Assembly (NCBI RefSeq): GCF_004010195.1
Contig: NW_025215056.1
Span: 7,789 to 60,941, forward strand
Reading direction: 5' to 3'
DNA from: Chiloscyllium plagiosum
Lineage: Eukaryota
Length of the DNA stretch: 53,153 nt
Below are positions 14,668 to 26,949 of the stretch, one piece after another. The notes beneath the pieces were generated by a model. That model was not told the DNA's origin and did no database searches. It worked only from the letters and a program-made list of their open reading frames with translations. Position numbers and translations under genes: made by a program. Position 1 is the first letter of the stretch. Each line of letters begins with the position of its first letter.

Positions 14668-14831
14668 NNNNNNNNNNNNNNNNNNNNNNNNNNNNNNNNN
14701 NNNNNNNNNNNNNNNNNNNNNNNNNNNNNNNNNNNNNNNNNNNNNNNNNNNNNNNNNNNNNNNNNNNNNNNNNNNNNNNNNNNNNNNNNNNNNNNNNNNN
14801 NNNNNNNNNNNNNNNNNNNNNNNNNNNNNNN
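14668..14831. other. Assembly gap (N run)
   Basis: 164 Ns inside the satellite. Confidence 1.
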
Positions 14832-17800
14832 CACCACCACCCAACAGTGCCCCGAGCCGGTCCCTCACTGCCGTCCACACACTGCCGCCCTCCTGACCCT
14901 CACCACCATCCACACACCGCAGCCAGCCTGACCCTTACTGCCGTCCACACACCGCCCCCAGCCAGACCCTCACCGATGTCCACACACTGACCCCAGCCTG
15001 ACACTCACCACCGTCTGACACTGGCCCTAGTGTAACCCTCAAAACCATCCACACACCGCACCCAGCATGACCTTCACAGCTGTCCACGCACGGCCCCGAT
15101 CCTCTCGCTCACCGCCGTCTACACAGCGCCCCAGCCTGACACTCAAGGCAATCAGCACACTGCCCCCACCCTGATCCTGACACCGTCCACTGCCTTACAC
15201 TCACCACTGTCCACAAACCGCCCCAATCCTGACCCTCACCACCATCTACACAGCGCCCACAGCCTGACCTTCACTGCCATACACACACCGCACCCATCCT
15301 GACCTTCACCGCCATCTGTACACCGCCCCCAGCCTGACCCTCTCTGCCGTTCACACACTGCCCCCAGTTGAAACTCACTGCCGTCCACACACCGCCGCCA
15401 TCCTGACCCTCACTGCCGTCCACACACTGCCCCAAGCTTGACCCTCACAGCCTCCCAAACACTTCTCCGAGCCTGACCCTCACCGCCGTACACACACCGC
15501 TCCCAGCCTGACACTCAAGGCCATCCACACACTGCCCCTACCCTGACACACACCGCCATCAACACAGCGTCCACAACCTTACACTCACCAGCGTCCACAA
15601 ACCGCCCCAATCCTGAACCTCAGCGCCATCTACACACCGCCCACAGCCTGACCCTCACTACCGTACAAACACTGCACCCGTCCTGACCTTCACTGCCACC
15701 CACATCGCCCCCAACCTGACCCTCACTGCCGTCCACACAATACCTCCAGCCTGAACCTCACTGCCGTCCACACACCGCCCCCATCCTGACCCTCACACCG
15801 TCCCAACGTAGTCCACACACAACCCTGCACTCTGGCTCTCACCGCCTTCTGAACACCGCCCCCAGCCTGACCCTCGCTGCCATCCACTCAGTGTCCCCAG
15901 CATGACACACACCGCCGTTCAAAACCGCCCCCAAACTGACCTTTATGGCCGAGTAACACTGCCTCCAATTTGACCCTCACTGCCGTCCATAAACCGCCCC
16001 CAGCCTGACCCTCATGCCATCCACACACTGATCCCATCCTGACCCTCACTGCCATCCACACAACAGACCCAGCCTGACCCTCACAGCTGTCCACACACCG
16101 TCCAAATCTTGACCCTCACAGCCCTCCAAACACTTCTCCGAACCTGACCCTCACCACAGTACACACACCGGCCCCAACCTGACCCTCACCGGCAGTCACA
16201 CATTGCCCACAGCCTGACACACATCGCCGTCAAACACTGCCCCCAGCCTGATGCTCACCAGCGTGCACACACCGTCCCCAGCTGACTCTCACCACCGTCC
16301 ACTTCATGCCCCCAGCCTGATCCTGACAATGCCGTCCATACACAGGCCCCATCCTGACCCTCAACGCCATCCACACACCGCTCCCAGCCTGACCTTAAGT
16401 GCCGTCCACACACCGGCCCCCACATGACCTTCATCGGCATCCACACTGACCCTCAACACCGTCCACATACCGCCCCCAGACGGACCCTCAACATAGTCCA
16501 CACACAACCCTGCATTCTGGCCCTCACCACCATCTGTACACCTCCCCCAGCCTGACCCTCACTGCCGTCCACTCAATGCCCCCAGCCTGATCTCCCACCG
16601 CCGTTCAATACCGCCGCCAAACTGACCGTTATGGCCGATTAACACTGCCTCCAATTTGACCCTCACTGCCGTCTATAAACCGCCCCAGCCTGACCCTCAC
16701 TGCCATCCACAATCCACCCCCAGCCTCACCCTCACTGCTGTCCACATGCAGCCACTAGCCTGACATTCACTGCCGTCCACATACCGCCCACAGCCTCAGC
16801 CACACCGCTATACACACTCTGCCCCAGTTTAACCCTCACTGCCCTCCACACACCGCGCGCCGCCTGACCATTTCCACCATCCAGACACCGTACACAGCCT
16901 GACCCTCGCTGCCTTCCACTCACTGGCCCAAGCCTGACCCCCAACACACTCCAAAATCATGCTCAGCCTGACCCCCACCGCCATCTAAACACCACACTCA
17001 GCTGGACTCTCATGGTACCACACACACCGCCCCAGCCTGACCCTCACCACCGTCCACACACCGTCACCCAGCCGGACCATCACCACCGTCCACTCAATGC
17101 CACCGCTGTCCACACACCGCCCCCAGCGTGACCCTCAGCATTGTCCAAACACAGCCGCTGGCCTGAGCCTCACTGCCATACAAACACTGCCACCAGCCTA
17201 ACCTTCACCACCGTCCAAATACCGGCCGCAGGCTGACCCACACCGCAATGCACACACAGCCCCAGTCTGAACCTCACCATCCTCCAAACACCGCCCGCTG
17301 CCTGAACCTCACCACCATCTACACAAACCCCCAGCCTGACCCTCACTGCCGTACACACAGCTCCACCATCCTAACCCTCAATGCCATCCACACACAGACC
17401 CCATCGTGACCCTCACTGCCATCCACACACCGCCCCAATCCTGACAATCACGGACCCCCACACTCCGCTCTCATCCTGACTCTCACCGCCGTCCACACAC
17501 CGACCCCAGACTGATCCTCACTGCCGTCCACACACCGCCCCCATCCTGACACCCAGCACCACCCAACACTGCCCAAGCCAGGCCCTCACTGCCGTTCACA
17601 CACTGCTGCCCTCCTGACCCTCACCACCATCCACACACTGCCGCCAGCCAGACCCTCACCGACGTCATCACTCCGACCGCAGCCTGACACTCACCGCCGC
17701 CCACACACGGCCCCCAGCCTGACCCTCACAGACGTCCACACACCTCACCCATCCTGACCCTTACCACCGTCCGACACTGGCCCAGTGTGAACCTCAACAC

Positions 17801-20800
17801 CATCCATACACCGCCCCGATTCTGACACTCAAGGCCATCCACACACTGCCCCCACCCTGACCCTCACCACCATCCACACACTGCCGCCAGCCAGACCCTC
17901 ACCGATGTCATCACACCGACCCCAGCCTGACACTCACCGCCGCCCACACACGGCCCCCAGCCTGAACCTCACTGCCGTCCACACACTGACCCCATCCTGA
18001 CCCTCACTGGCGTCCACACACCAGACCCAGCCTGACCCTCACAGCTGTCCACACACCGTCCCAAGCTTGACCCTCACAGCCCCCCAAACACTTCTCCGAT
18101 CCTGACCCTCACCACTATACAAACACCGCTCTCAGCCTGACCCTAAGTGCCGTCCACACACCGGCCCCAACCTGACCCTCACCGGCAGTCACACACCGCC
18201 CACAGCCTGACCCACATAGCCGTCACACACTGCCCCAGCTTGTTGCTCACTACCGTGCACACACCGTCCCCAGCTGACTCTCACCACCGTCCACTTCATG
18301 CCCCCAGCCTGATCCTCACAGCTGTCGAAAACCTCCCCCAGCCTGAGCCTCACCAACATCCACAAAATGCCCCCAGTCTGAAACACACCGCCGCCCACAC
18401 ACCACCCCCACACTGTCCTTCACCACCGTCGTACACTGCTCCCAGCCTGACCCTCACCACAGGCCAACATCGCCCACAGCCTGATCGTCACTGCCATCCA
18501 CACACCACTCCCAGCCTGACCCTCACTGCCGTCCACACACCGTCCCCAGCCTGACTCTCACCTCTGTCCACTCAATGCCCCCAGCCTGACCCTAACCGCC
18601 GTCGAAAACCGCCCCCAACCTGGCCATCCCCGCCGTCCACTCATAGCCCACAGCCTGACCCTCACCGCTGTTCAACACCCGCACCAAGCTTGACCCTCAA
18701 CACTGTCCAACATCGCCCACAACCTAACCCTCACTGTCGTCCAACGACGATCCCAGCCTGACTCTCTCCACCCCCAGCCTGACCCACAATGCCATCCACA
18801 CACCGCACCCCACCCTGACACCTACCACCATCCAACACTGCCCCGAGCCGGACCATCACCGCCGTCCACCCACCGCCGCCAGCCTGACCCTCACCACCGT
18901 CCAATCACCGACCCCAGCCAGAACCTCACCGCTGTCCACACACTGCCCCAAGCCTGACCCTAACCGCCATCCACACACCGCCCCCAGCCAGACCTTCACC
19001 ACCGTCCCACACTGCTCCCAGGCTGACCCTTACTTCCGTCCACACACCACCCCTAGCCTGCCGCTCACCGCCATCCACACTCCGCTCCAAGCCTGCCCCA
19101 CACGGACTCCACACTCCGCTCCCATCCTGACCCTCACCTCTGTGCACACACCGCTCCCAACCTGACTTTAAGTGCCATCCACACACCGGCGCCAGCCTGA
19201 CCCTCACCGGCATTCACACACACCGCCCCCACCGTGACCCTCATGGGCGTCCACACTCAAACACCAACATGACCCTCATCGCCGTCCACACACTGCCCCC
19301 AGACTGACCCAAATCGCCATCACACACTGCCCCCAGTCTGATGCTCGCCACCATACACACACCGTCCCCAGCATGACTCTCATCACCGTCCACTTAATGC
19401 CCCAGCCTCACCCTCACAGCCGTCGAAAACCTCCACCAGCCTGACCCTCCCCACCGTCCACACAATACCCCCAGCCTTACCCTGACCGCCAAACACCGCA
19501 CTAGTCTGAACCACACCGCCGCCACACACCGCCCCCAGACTGTCCCTCACCACCATCGTACACTGCTTCCAGCCTGACCCACACCACAGTCTACACTATG
19601 CGCGCAGCCTGACACTCACCACCGTCCAACATCGCCCACAGCCTGACGCTCACTGTCATCCATACAACGTCCCCAGCCTGACCCTTACTGCCGTCCACAC
19701 ACCGCCCCCGGCCTGCCCCTCACCGCCATTCAACATTGCCCACAGCCTGACCTCAACGCTGTCCACACAATGCCCCCAGCATGACTATTACTGCAGTCCA
19801 CACATCGCCCCCAGCCTCACCCTCACTGCCGTCCACAGGCCACCCATAGCCTGACTCTCACCACAGTCCATACACGCACCCCGCCTGACACTCTCTGCCG
19901 TCCACACAACACCCCCAACCTGATACTCACTGCTGACGACACACCACCCCGTCTGACCCTCACTGCTGTCCACACAACAACCCCAACCTGACCCTCACCG
20001 CCTTTCAACATTGCTCCCCGCCTGACCCTCACTGCCATCCACACAGCGCCCCCAGCATGACCCTCACTGCCGTCCACATACCGTCCCCAGCCAGACACTC
20101 ACCGATATTCAACATCGCCCCCAGCCTAACCCTCACCAGTGCCCACACACCGCTCCTAGCCTGAACCTCACCGCTGTCCACACGCCGCCCCAGCCTGACC
20201 CTCACTGCCGTCCACACACTACTCCCAGCATGAACCTTGCTGCCGTTGAACACCCGCACCCAGCCTGACCCTCATCACCGTCCAACATCGCCCACAGCCT
20301 GATCCTCACTGTCGTCCAACACCACCCCCAGCCTGACCGTCACCGTTCTCAAACTGACCCTCACTGCCATCCACACACTGCACTCCACTCTGACACCCAC
20401 CACTATCCAACACTGCTCCGAGCCTGATCCTCACGGCCGTCCACACATCGCCACCAGCCTGACCCTCACCGCCGACCACACACCGCCACTAGGCTGACCC
20501 TCACTGCCGTCCACCCACTGACCCCAGCATGATCCTCACTGCCGACCATTGACTGCCCTCAGCCTGACCCTCACTGCGTCCACATACCGCCCCCAGCCTG
20601 ACCCTCACCGCCATCTGCACACCGCCCCCAGCCTGACACTCACTGCCGTCCCCACACCACCCCCAGCCTGACCCTCATCGCTGTCCACACGCCGCCCGCA
20701 CTCTGACACCCACCACCATCCAACACTGCCCCGAGCGTGACCAACACCGCCATCCACACACCGCTGCCATCTTGACCCTCAGCGCCTTCCAGACACTCCC

Positions 20801-20958
20801 CCAGCCTGACCCTCACTGACGTCCACACACCACCCCCAGACTGACTCTCACTACCGTCGTACACTGCTCCCAGCCTGATCCTCACCACATTCCACACACC
20901 GCCCCCAGCCTGACCCAACCACCGTCCAAAGCCGCCATCAGCCTTAATGTCACCGCCG

Positions 20959-21185
20959 GGAGAAAGTGAGGACTGCAGATGCCGGAGATCAGAGCTGAAA
21001 AATGTGTTGCTGGAAAAACACAGCAGGTCAGGCAGCATCCAAGGAGTAGGAGAATCGACTTTTCGGGCATAAGCCCTTCTTCAGGAATCAATCCTGAAGA
21101 AGGGCTTACGCCAGAAACGTCGATTATCCTGCTCCTTGGAGGCTGCCTGACCTGCTGCGCTTTTCCAGCAACACATTTTTCTGCT
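20959..21185. mobile_element. Palindromic PLE cassette, copy 5 (best-preserved hammerheads)
   Basis: + strand AATC-CTGAAGA-AGGGC-TTAC-GCCA-GAAACGTC-GATT at 21090-21125; - strand ATTC-CTGAAGA-AGGGC-TTAT-GCCC-GAAAAGTC-GATT at 21088-21053. Confidence 0.85.
21090..21125 (+). ncRNA. Minimal type I hammerhead ribozyme motif (PLE-associated)
   Basis: Core CUGANGA...GAAA..GUC, stem I AAUC/GAUU, stem II GGC/GCC with a tetraloop, palindromic ACGU as stem III. Confidence 0.7.
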
Positions 21186-24100
21186 TTGACCCTAACTGCT
21201 GCACACACATCACCCCCATCCTGATCCTCGCCGCGTTCCACACACTGCGCCCAGCCTGTCCCCCACCACAGTCCAAAACCGTCCTCAGTCTGACCCCCAC
21301 CGTAGTCCAAAAACCACACTTAGCCGGACTCTCATGGCACCCCATACACTGCATCCAGCCTGACCCCCACCACCGTCCACTCACCGCGCCCCCAGCCTGA
21401 CCCTCACCACCGTCCAGTCAATGGCTACAGCCTCAACCTCGCCACCGTCCACATACCGCCCACAGCCTGACCTTCAGCATCGTCCACACATAGACACCAG
21501 AATGACCCTTACCGCTGTCCCCTCACCGCCGCCAGCCTGACCCTCACTGCCGTCCACACTCCGTCCCCAGCCTGACCCTCACCCCCGTGCACACAGTGCC
21601 CCCAGCCTGACCCTCAGCATAGTCCACACACAATCCTGCTTTCTCACCCTCACTGCTGTCTGAACACTGCCCCCAGTCGGACCCTCACCGCTGTCCACTC
21701 AGTGCTCCCAGCCTGACCTTCCACCGTTGTTCAAAACGGCCCCCAAACTGACCTTTATCGCCGATTAACACCGCCTCCAATTTGACCCTCACTGCCGTCC
21801 ATAAACCGCCCCCAGCCTGACCCTCACTGCCATCCACAATCCACCCCCAACCTGACCCTCACTGCTGTCCACACGCAGCCACTAGCCTGACCTTCACTGC
21901 CGTTCACATACCGCCCACAGCCTCACCCACACCGCTATACACACTCTGCCCCAGTCTGACCCTCACCGCCCTCCACACACCGCCCGCCACCTGACCCTCA
22001 CCTACGTCCACACACCACCCACAGCCTGAACCTCACCGCAGTCCAAACACCGCCCCCAACCAGACCCTCACGGACATCTACATACCGCCTCCAGCCTGAC
22101 CCTCAACTGCCGTACACACAATGCCCCCATCCTGACCCCCACTGCCATCCACACACCGCGCATCGCCTGACCACACCGGCCTCATGCTGACCCGCACCGG
22201 CATTCACACACTGCCCCCATCCTGACACCCACTGCCATCCACACACCGCGCATAGCCTGACCCTCACCGCCATCCACACACCGTCCCCAGCCTGACCCTC
22301 ACTGCCATCCAGTCACTGCCCCCAGCCTGACCCTCACTGCTGTCCACACACCGCCCCCATCCTGATCCTCACTGCCCGTGCACACACCGGCCTCATGCTG
22401 ACCCGCACCGGCATTCACACACCGCCCCCAGCCTGACCCTCATGGGCATCCACACACGGCCCTCAAACTGACCATCACCGCCGCCGAAAAGCCGCCCCGA
22501 GCCTGATCCTCACGGCCATCCACACACCGAACCCAACCTGACCCTCAACACAATCTGCACACCACCCGAAGCCTGACCCTCATCGCCGTCCACACACCGT
22601 CCCCAGCATGACGCTATCGCCGAACCAACACAGTCCCCTGCCTGACTCTCACTGCCATTCACTCAATGCCCCCAGCCTGACCCATGCGGTCGTTCAAAAC
22701 CCGCCACACACCACCGCCAGCCTGACTCTCACCATCGTCCAACATCACCCACAGCCTGACCCTCACTGTCATCCAACGTCGTCCCCAGCCTGACCGTCAT
22801 CACCTCAGCCTGACCCTCACTGCCGTCCAGACCACGCACCCCACCCTGAGACCCACCACCATCCAACACTGACCCGAGCCGGACTTTCATTGCCATCCAC
22901 ACACCGCTGCCAGCCTGACCTTCACTGCCATCCACACACCGACACCAGGCTGACGCTCACCACTATCCACATACTGCCCCCAGCCTGACCCTCACTGCCG
23001 TCCACACACTGTCCCCAGCCTTACCCTCACCACCGTCTACACGCTGCCCCCAGCCTGACCCTCACTGCTGTCCACACGCCACCCCCTCTCTGACACCCAC
23101 CACCATCCACACACCGCCGCCAGTCTGATCCTCACCGCAGTCCACGCACCGCCCAGAGCCTGACCCTCACCGCCATTCACACATCGCACCCATCCTGACT
23201 CTCACCGCCATCCACACACCGCCCCGGTCTTACCCTCACCGTCTTCCACACACTGCCCCAAGCCTGACCCTCACTGCCGTCCACACACCTCCCCATCCTG
23301 ACGCTCACTACCGTGCACACACCGCACCCATCCTGACCCTCACTGCCTTCCACACACTGCCTCCAGCTTGACCCTCACGGTCCCCCAAACACTGCTCTGA
23401 TCGTGACCCTCACTGCTGTACAAACACCGCTGCCAGCCTGACCCTAAGCACCGTCCAAACACCTGCCACAGCCTTGCCCTCACCGGCATTCACACACCGC
23501 CCCCACCCTGACCCTCAAGGGCGTCAACACTCTACCCCCAACCTGTCCCTCACCGCCATCCACACACGGGCCCCAGCCTGACACTCACCACCGTGCACAC
23601 ACCGTCCCCAGCGGACTCTCACCGCCGTCCACTCAATGCCCCCAGCCTGACCCTCACAGCCGTCAAAAACCTCCCAGCTGTCTGACCCTCCCCGCCATCC
23701 ACTCAATGCCAACCAGCCTGACCCTCACCGTCGTCGAACAATGCCACCAGCCTGACCCTGACTGCAGTCCATACACCGCCCCAAGCCTGAACCTCACTGC
23801 AGTTCAACATTGCCCACAGCCTGATCTCAACTCTGTCCACATAACACCCCCAGCCTGACCCACACTGCCGTCCACACACTGCCCCCAGCCTCAACCTCAC
23901 TGCCGTCCACAAACCACCCACAGCCTGACTCTCACCGCAGTCCATACACACTCCCCCCCTTCTGACACTCTCCGCCGTCCACACACCGCCCCCAACCTGA
24001 ACCTCACTGCTGTCCACACACCGCCCCCAACCTGACCCTCACCACCGTCCACACTCCACCCAGCCTGAATCTAATCACCATTTACACATCGGCCCCGGTC

Positions 24101-25387
24101 GGACCCTCATTGCCATCCTCACATCATCCCCAGACTGACCCTCACTGCTGTCCACACAGCGACCCAGCCTGACGCTCAATGCCATCCACACACCACTTCC
24201 AGCCTTACCCGCACTGCCATCCATAAACCACTACCAGCCTGCCCCTTACTGCTGTTCTCACACCGCGCCCAGCCTGACCCGCACTGCCATCCACACTCCG
24301 CCACCAGCCTGGCCCACATTGCGTCCACACACACCCCCAGCCTGACCTCACTGCCGTCCACACCCCGCCCAGCCTTATCCTCATTGCCTCTGACACATCG
24401 TCCCCAACTTTACTCTCACTGCCATCGACACTCCGCCATCAGCCTGAGACTCGTACTGCCATCCACACACCGCCCCCAGCCTTATCCTCACCACCGTCCA
24501 ACCTCGCCCAAGCCTGACCCTCACTGCCGTCCACACACCGCCTCCAGCCTGATGCTCACTGCCATCCACACACTGCCCCCAGTCAGACCCTCACCACCGT
24601 TCAACACCGTTCAACACCGACCCCTGCCTGACACTCACTGCCGTCCACACGCCACCCACAGCCTGACCCTCACCGCCGCCCACACACCGCCCCCAGCCTG
24701 AACAGCAGCAGCAACACTTTACCAGCCTGTTGTAAGGTTCCCACCCAGGTTAGAGCTGTCTCAGCTCTCTGGAGGAATACAGACCATTGTTGGAAGATCA
24801 TTGTCCTTCTCTACTCCATCAGCATAACGGGAGATCTGGGGAAATTAATGTTTGAGAAGATCATAAATGATGTGGTGAGATGATCTCTACCATTAATCTC
24901 CCCAGAGCCCACGTCGCTCAGATTCTACAGAATCTTGTAAGGTGGAGCGCAAAAACAGTAAGGAGGAGCAAACATTGATGGGAGTTATATATCAAAGTGA
25001 AAGCTGCAGTACAAATGCTGGACATGTTATAAAACAGGAAATGAGATATTCACCTTTGTGGCGACTGCAGTAATAATTTACTGTTTAAATTATATCTAAA
25101 CTGTGTTAACCCAATTGCATGCTAATGCTGGGAAAAATGGATTTCGTGATCACGTGCGAGATGGTTTACATGAACATTATGTCGAGCACTGAGCTCGAGA
25201 TCAGGTTATTTAGGAATTGGTGTTGAGTGAGCAGAAGAGCTAATTGAAAATTTTGCTGGAAAGCACCTTTTGGGAACAGTGACCACAATGTATTGGTTTT
25301 CTTTTATGCTGTTTGAGTACACAGCAGTTTTTGTTTTATTTGAAGTAACCGTTATAAATCTGAGTCATGCAAGCCATGAAAGTGTGA

Positions 25388-26078
25388 GGAGAAAGTGGGG
25401 ACTACAGATGCTGGAGATCAGAGTCGAAGAGTGTGATTCTGGAAAAACACAGTCAGGCAGCATACTAACAGCAGATAAATCGATGTTTCGGGCATAAGCC
25501 CTTCATCAGGTATGAAGCTTATGGGCCAAGCGGGCTGGGGGATAAATGAGAAGGGGGTGCGACAGGGGGGAGGTTAGCAGGGATTGCGATAGGTAGATGA
25601 AGGTGGGGTTGAAAGTGATAGGTGACGAAGGGAGACAGAACACCTCAACTACTGCATCCATTAAACCCAATGTGTTCTTCTCTATATTGGCGAGACAGAA
25701 CATCAACTTGTGGATCATTTCAGAGAACATCTCTGGGACAGGCAGATTGAACACCTCCATTGCCTTGTGGCTGCGTACTTTAACTCCCTTTCCCACTCTG
25801 CCAAGGACATGAGGGGCCTAGGCCTGATCCATCACCAAACCTGAGCCACCAGAAGCCATGAGGAAGAAAGCCTCCTCTTCTGTCTTGGGACCCTCCAACC
25901 ACAGGGGATCATACTGGATTTCACCATTTCTCCATTTCCTCTAATCCCACCTTATCTCGCTCCAACCTTCCAAGTCAGCACCGCCCTTTTGAATGTTCCT
26001 ATGTGTCCACCTTCCTTCCTATAAATCTGGTCTACCCTACTCTCCGATTATCACTTTCAACCCCACCTTCATTTACCT
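25388..26078 (+). mobile_element. 5'-truncated Penelope-like retroelement: inverted terminal copy plus decayed GIY-YIG endonuclease
   Basis: 25641 onward reads HLNYCIH*TQCVLLYIGETEHQLVDHFREHL and later VAAYFNSLSHS...EEESLLFCLGTLQPQGIILDF. 25591-25620 is a 29/30 inverted repeat of 26049-26078. Terminus at 25388 matches the satellite cassette. Confidence 0.85.
25478..25510 (-). ncRNA. Minimal hammerhead ribozyme motif
   Basis: Minus strand CCTGATGA-AGGGC-TTAT-GCCC-GAAACATC-GATTT. Confidence 0.65.
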
Positions 26079-26379
26079 GTTAGATGAAAGGTGGCAGCTT
26101 AGAAAAATGCCAAGTGTTGTAGTAAGCCAGTGGATTCAGAGAAATGTAGGACCCAGCAAAGGATGGCTAAGAAACTGAGAAGAAAATCAAAAAGAGAACG
26201 GCATTTAGCCAATCTGGATAAGGTTATAAAATATTATCCAACAGTTGAAGAAAGGATGAATTTGGAAAGTGGAGAACTACAGACCAGTTATCTTGCCATC
26301 CACAGTCAGGTGTCTGTTGGACTCGGATTACAAAGGACATGCTACTAGATAATTAGAAGGTAATAATATAACTGGGGAG

Positions 26380-26870
26380 TGTGGGAATGTATCGATGAAA
26401 GGAAAACCAGAAGTGACAAACATTTTTTTAGAATGGTTTGAAGATGATTCTTGTGGACATGGGCAATGAAGAACCAATGTATAACATATAGTTGGATATT
26501 CATGAGCTTTTCTTTTCAAAGAACTCACACAGTAAGCTCATAAGAAAAGTTAAAGCGAGAGGTATTGAGAAGAATATATGCAAATGGGAAAGTAAAAATT
26601 AGGTTTACATTCATGTGAATGTAATTGGAAGATAGAGGATGTCGTGCACCAGCTGCATCGAGTGTTCATGAGACTACACTTAGAGTATTGTGTACCGTTC
26701 GGAGTCCCAATCTAAGAAAGAATATATTGACTACAGAGGAACTGGAAAAGGTATTATCCAGATTAATCCCGAAAATGGCAAGATTGTCTGATGGGGAACC
26801 TCAGCCTGTGATCTCGAGTTTCAAAACATGAGAGGTGATTGTAGTGAATCTTAGAAACATCGAAAGGATT
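26380..26870 (+). mobile_element. Highly decayed CR1 LINE fragment(s)
   Basis: LEYCV-like and LSRLIPKMARLS-like CR1 C-terminal remnants with many stops. Confidence 0.55.
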
Positions 26871-26949
26871 GAATAACAGAGGGACATGGAGAAGTACAAG
26901 TAGGCGAGATCAGGAAGAATCCCACAATATTCTATACGGACAAGTAGAA

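Larger units (their letters stand above)
94..24701 (+). repeat. Degenerate 35-bp tandem satellite/minisatellite array (roughly 650-700 units), C-rich on + strand
   Basis: Unit AGCCTGACCCTCACCGCCGTCCACACACCGCCCCC; the AGCCTGA motif or its variants recurs at 184, 219, 254, 289 (period 35) and continues to 24701, where it ends abruptly. Unit count is estimated from length/35. Confidence 0.97.

Noticed and set aside
229..24701. Many short Pro/His/Thr-rich and Gly/Val/Trp-rich ORFs suggesting a mucin- or extensin-like gene
   Set aside because: The unit is 35 bp, so frames rotate and hit the TGA of CCTGA about every third unit on the + strand. Indels are frame-agnostic and the ORFs are satellite translations.
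94..24701. CRISPR array (35-bp repeat)
   Set aside because: Repeats are directly tandem and degenerate with no unique spacers; there are no cas genes and the context is eukaryotic.
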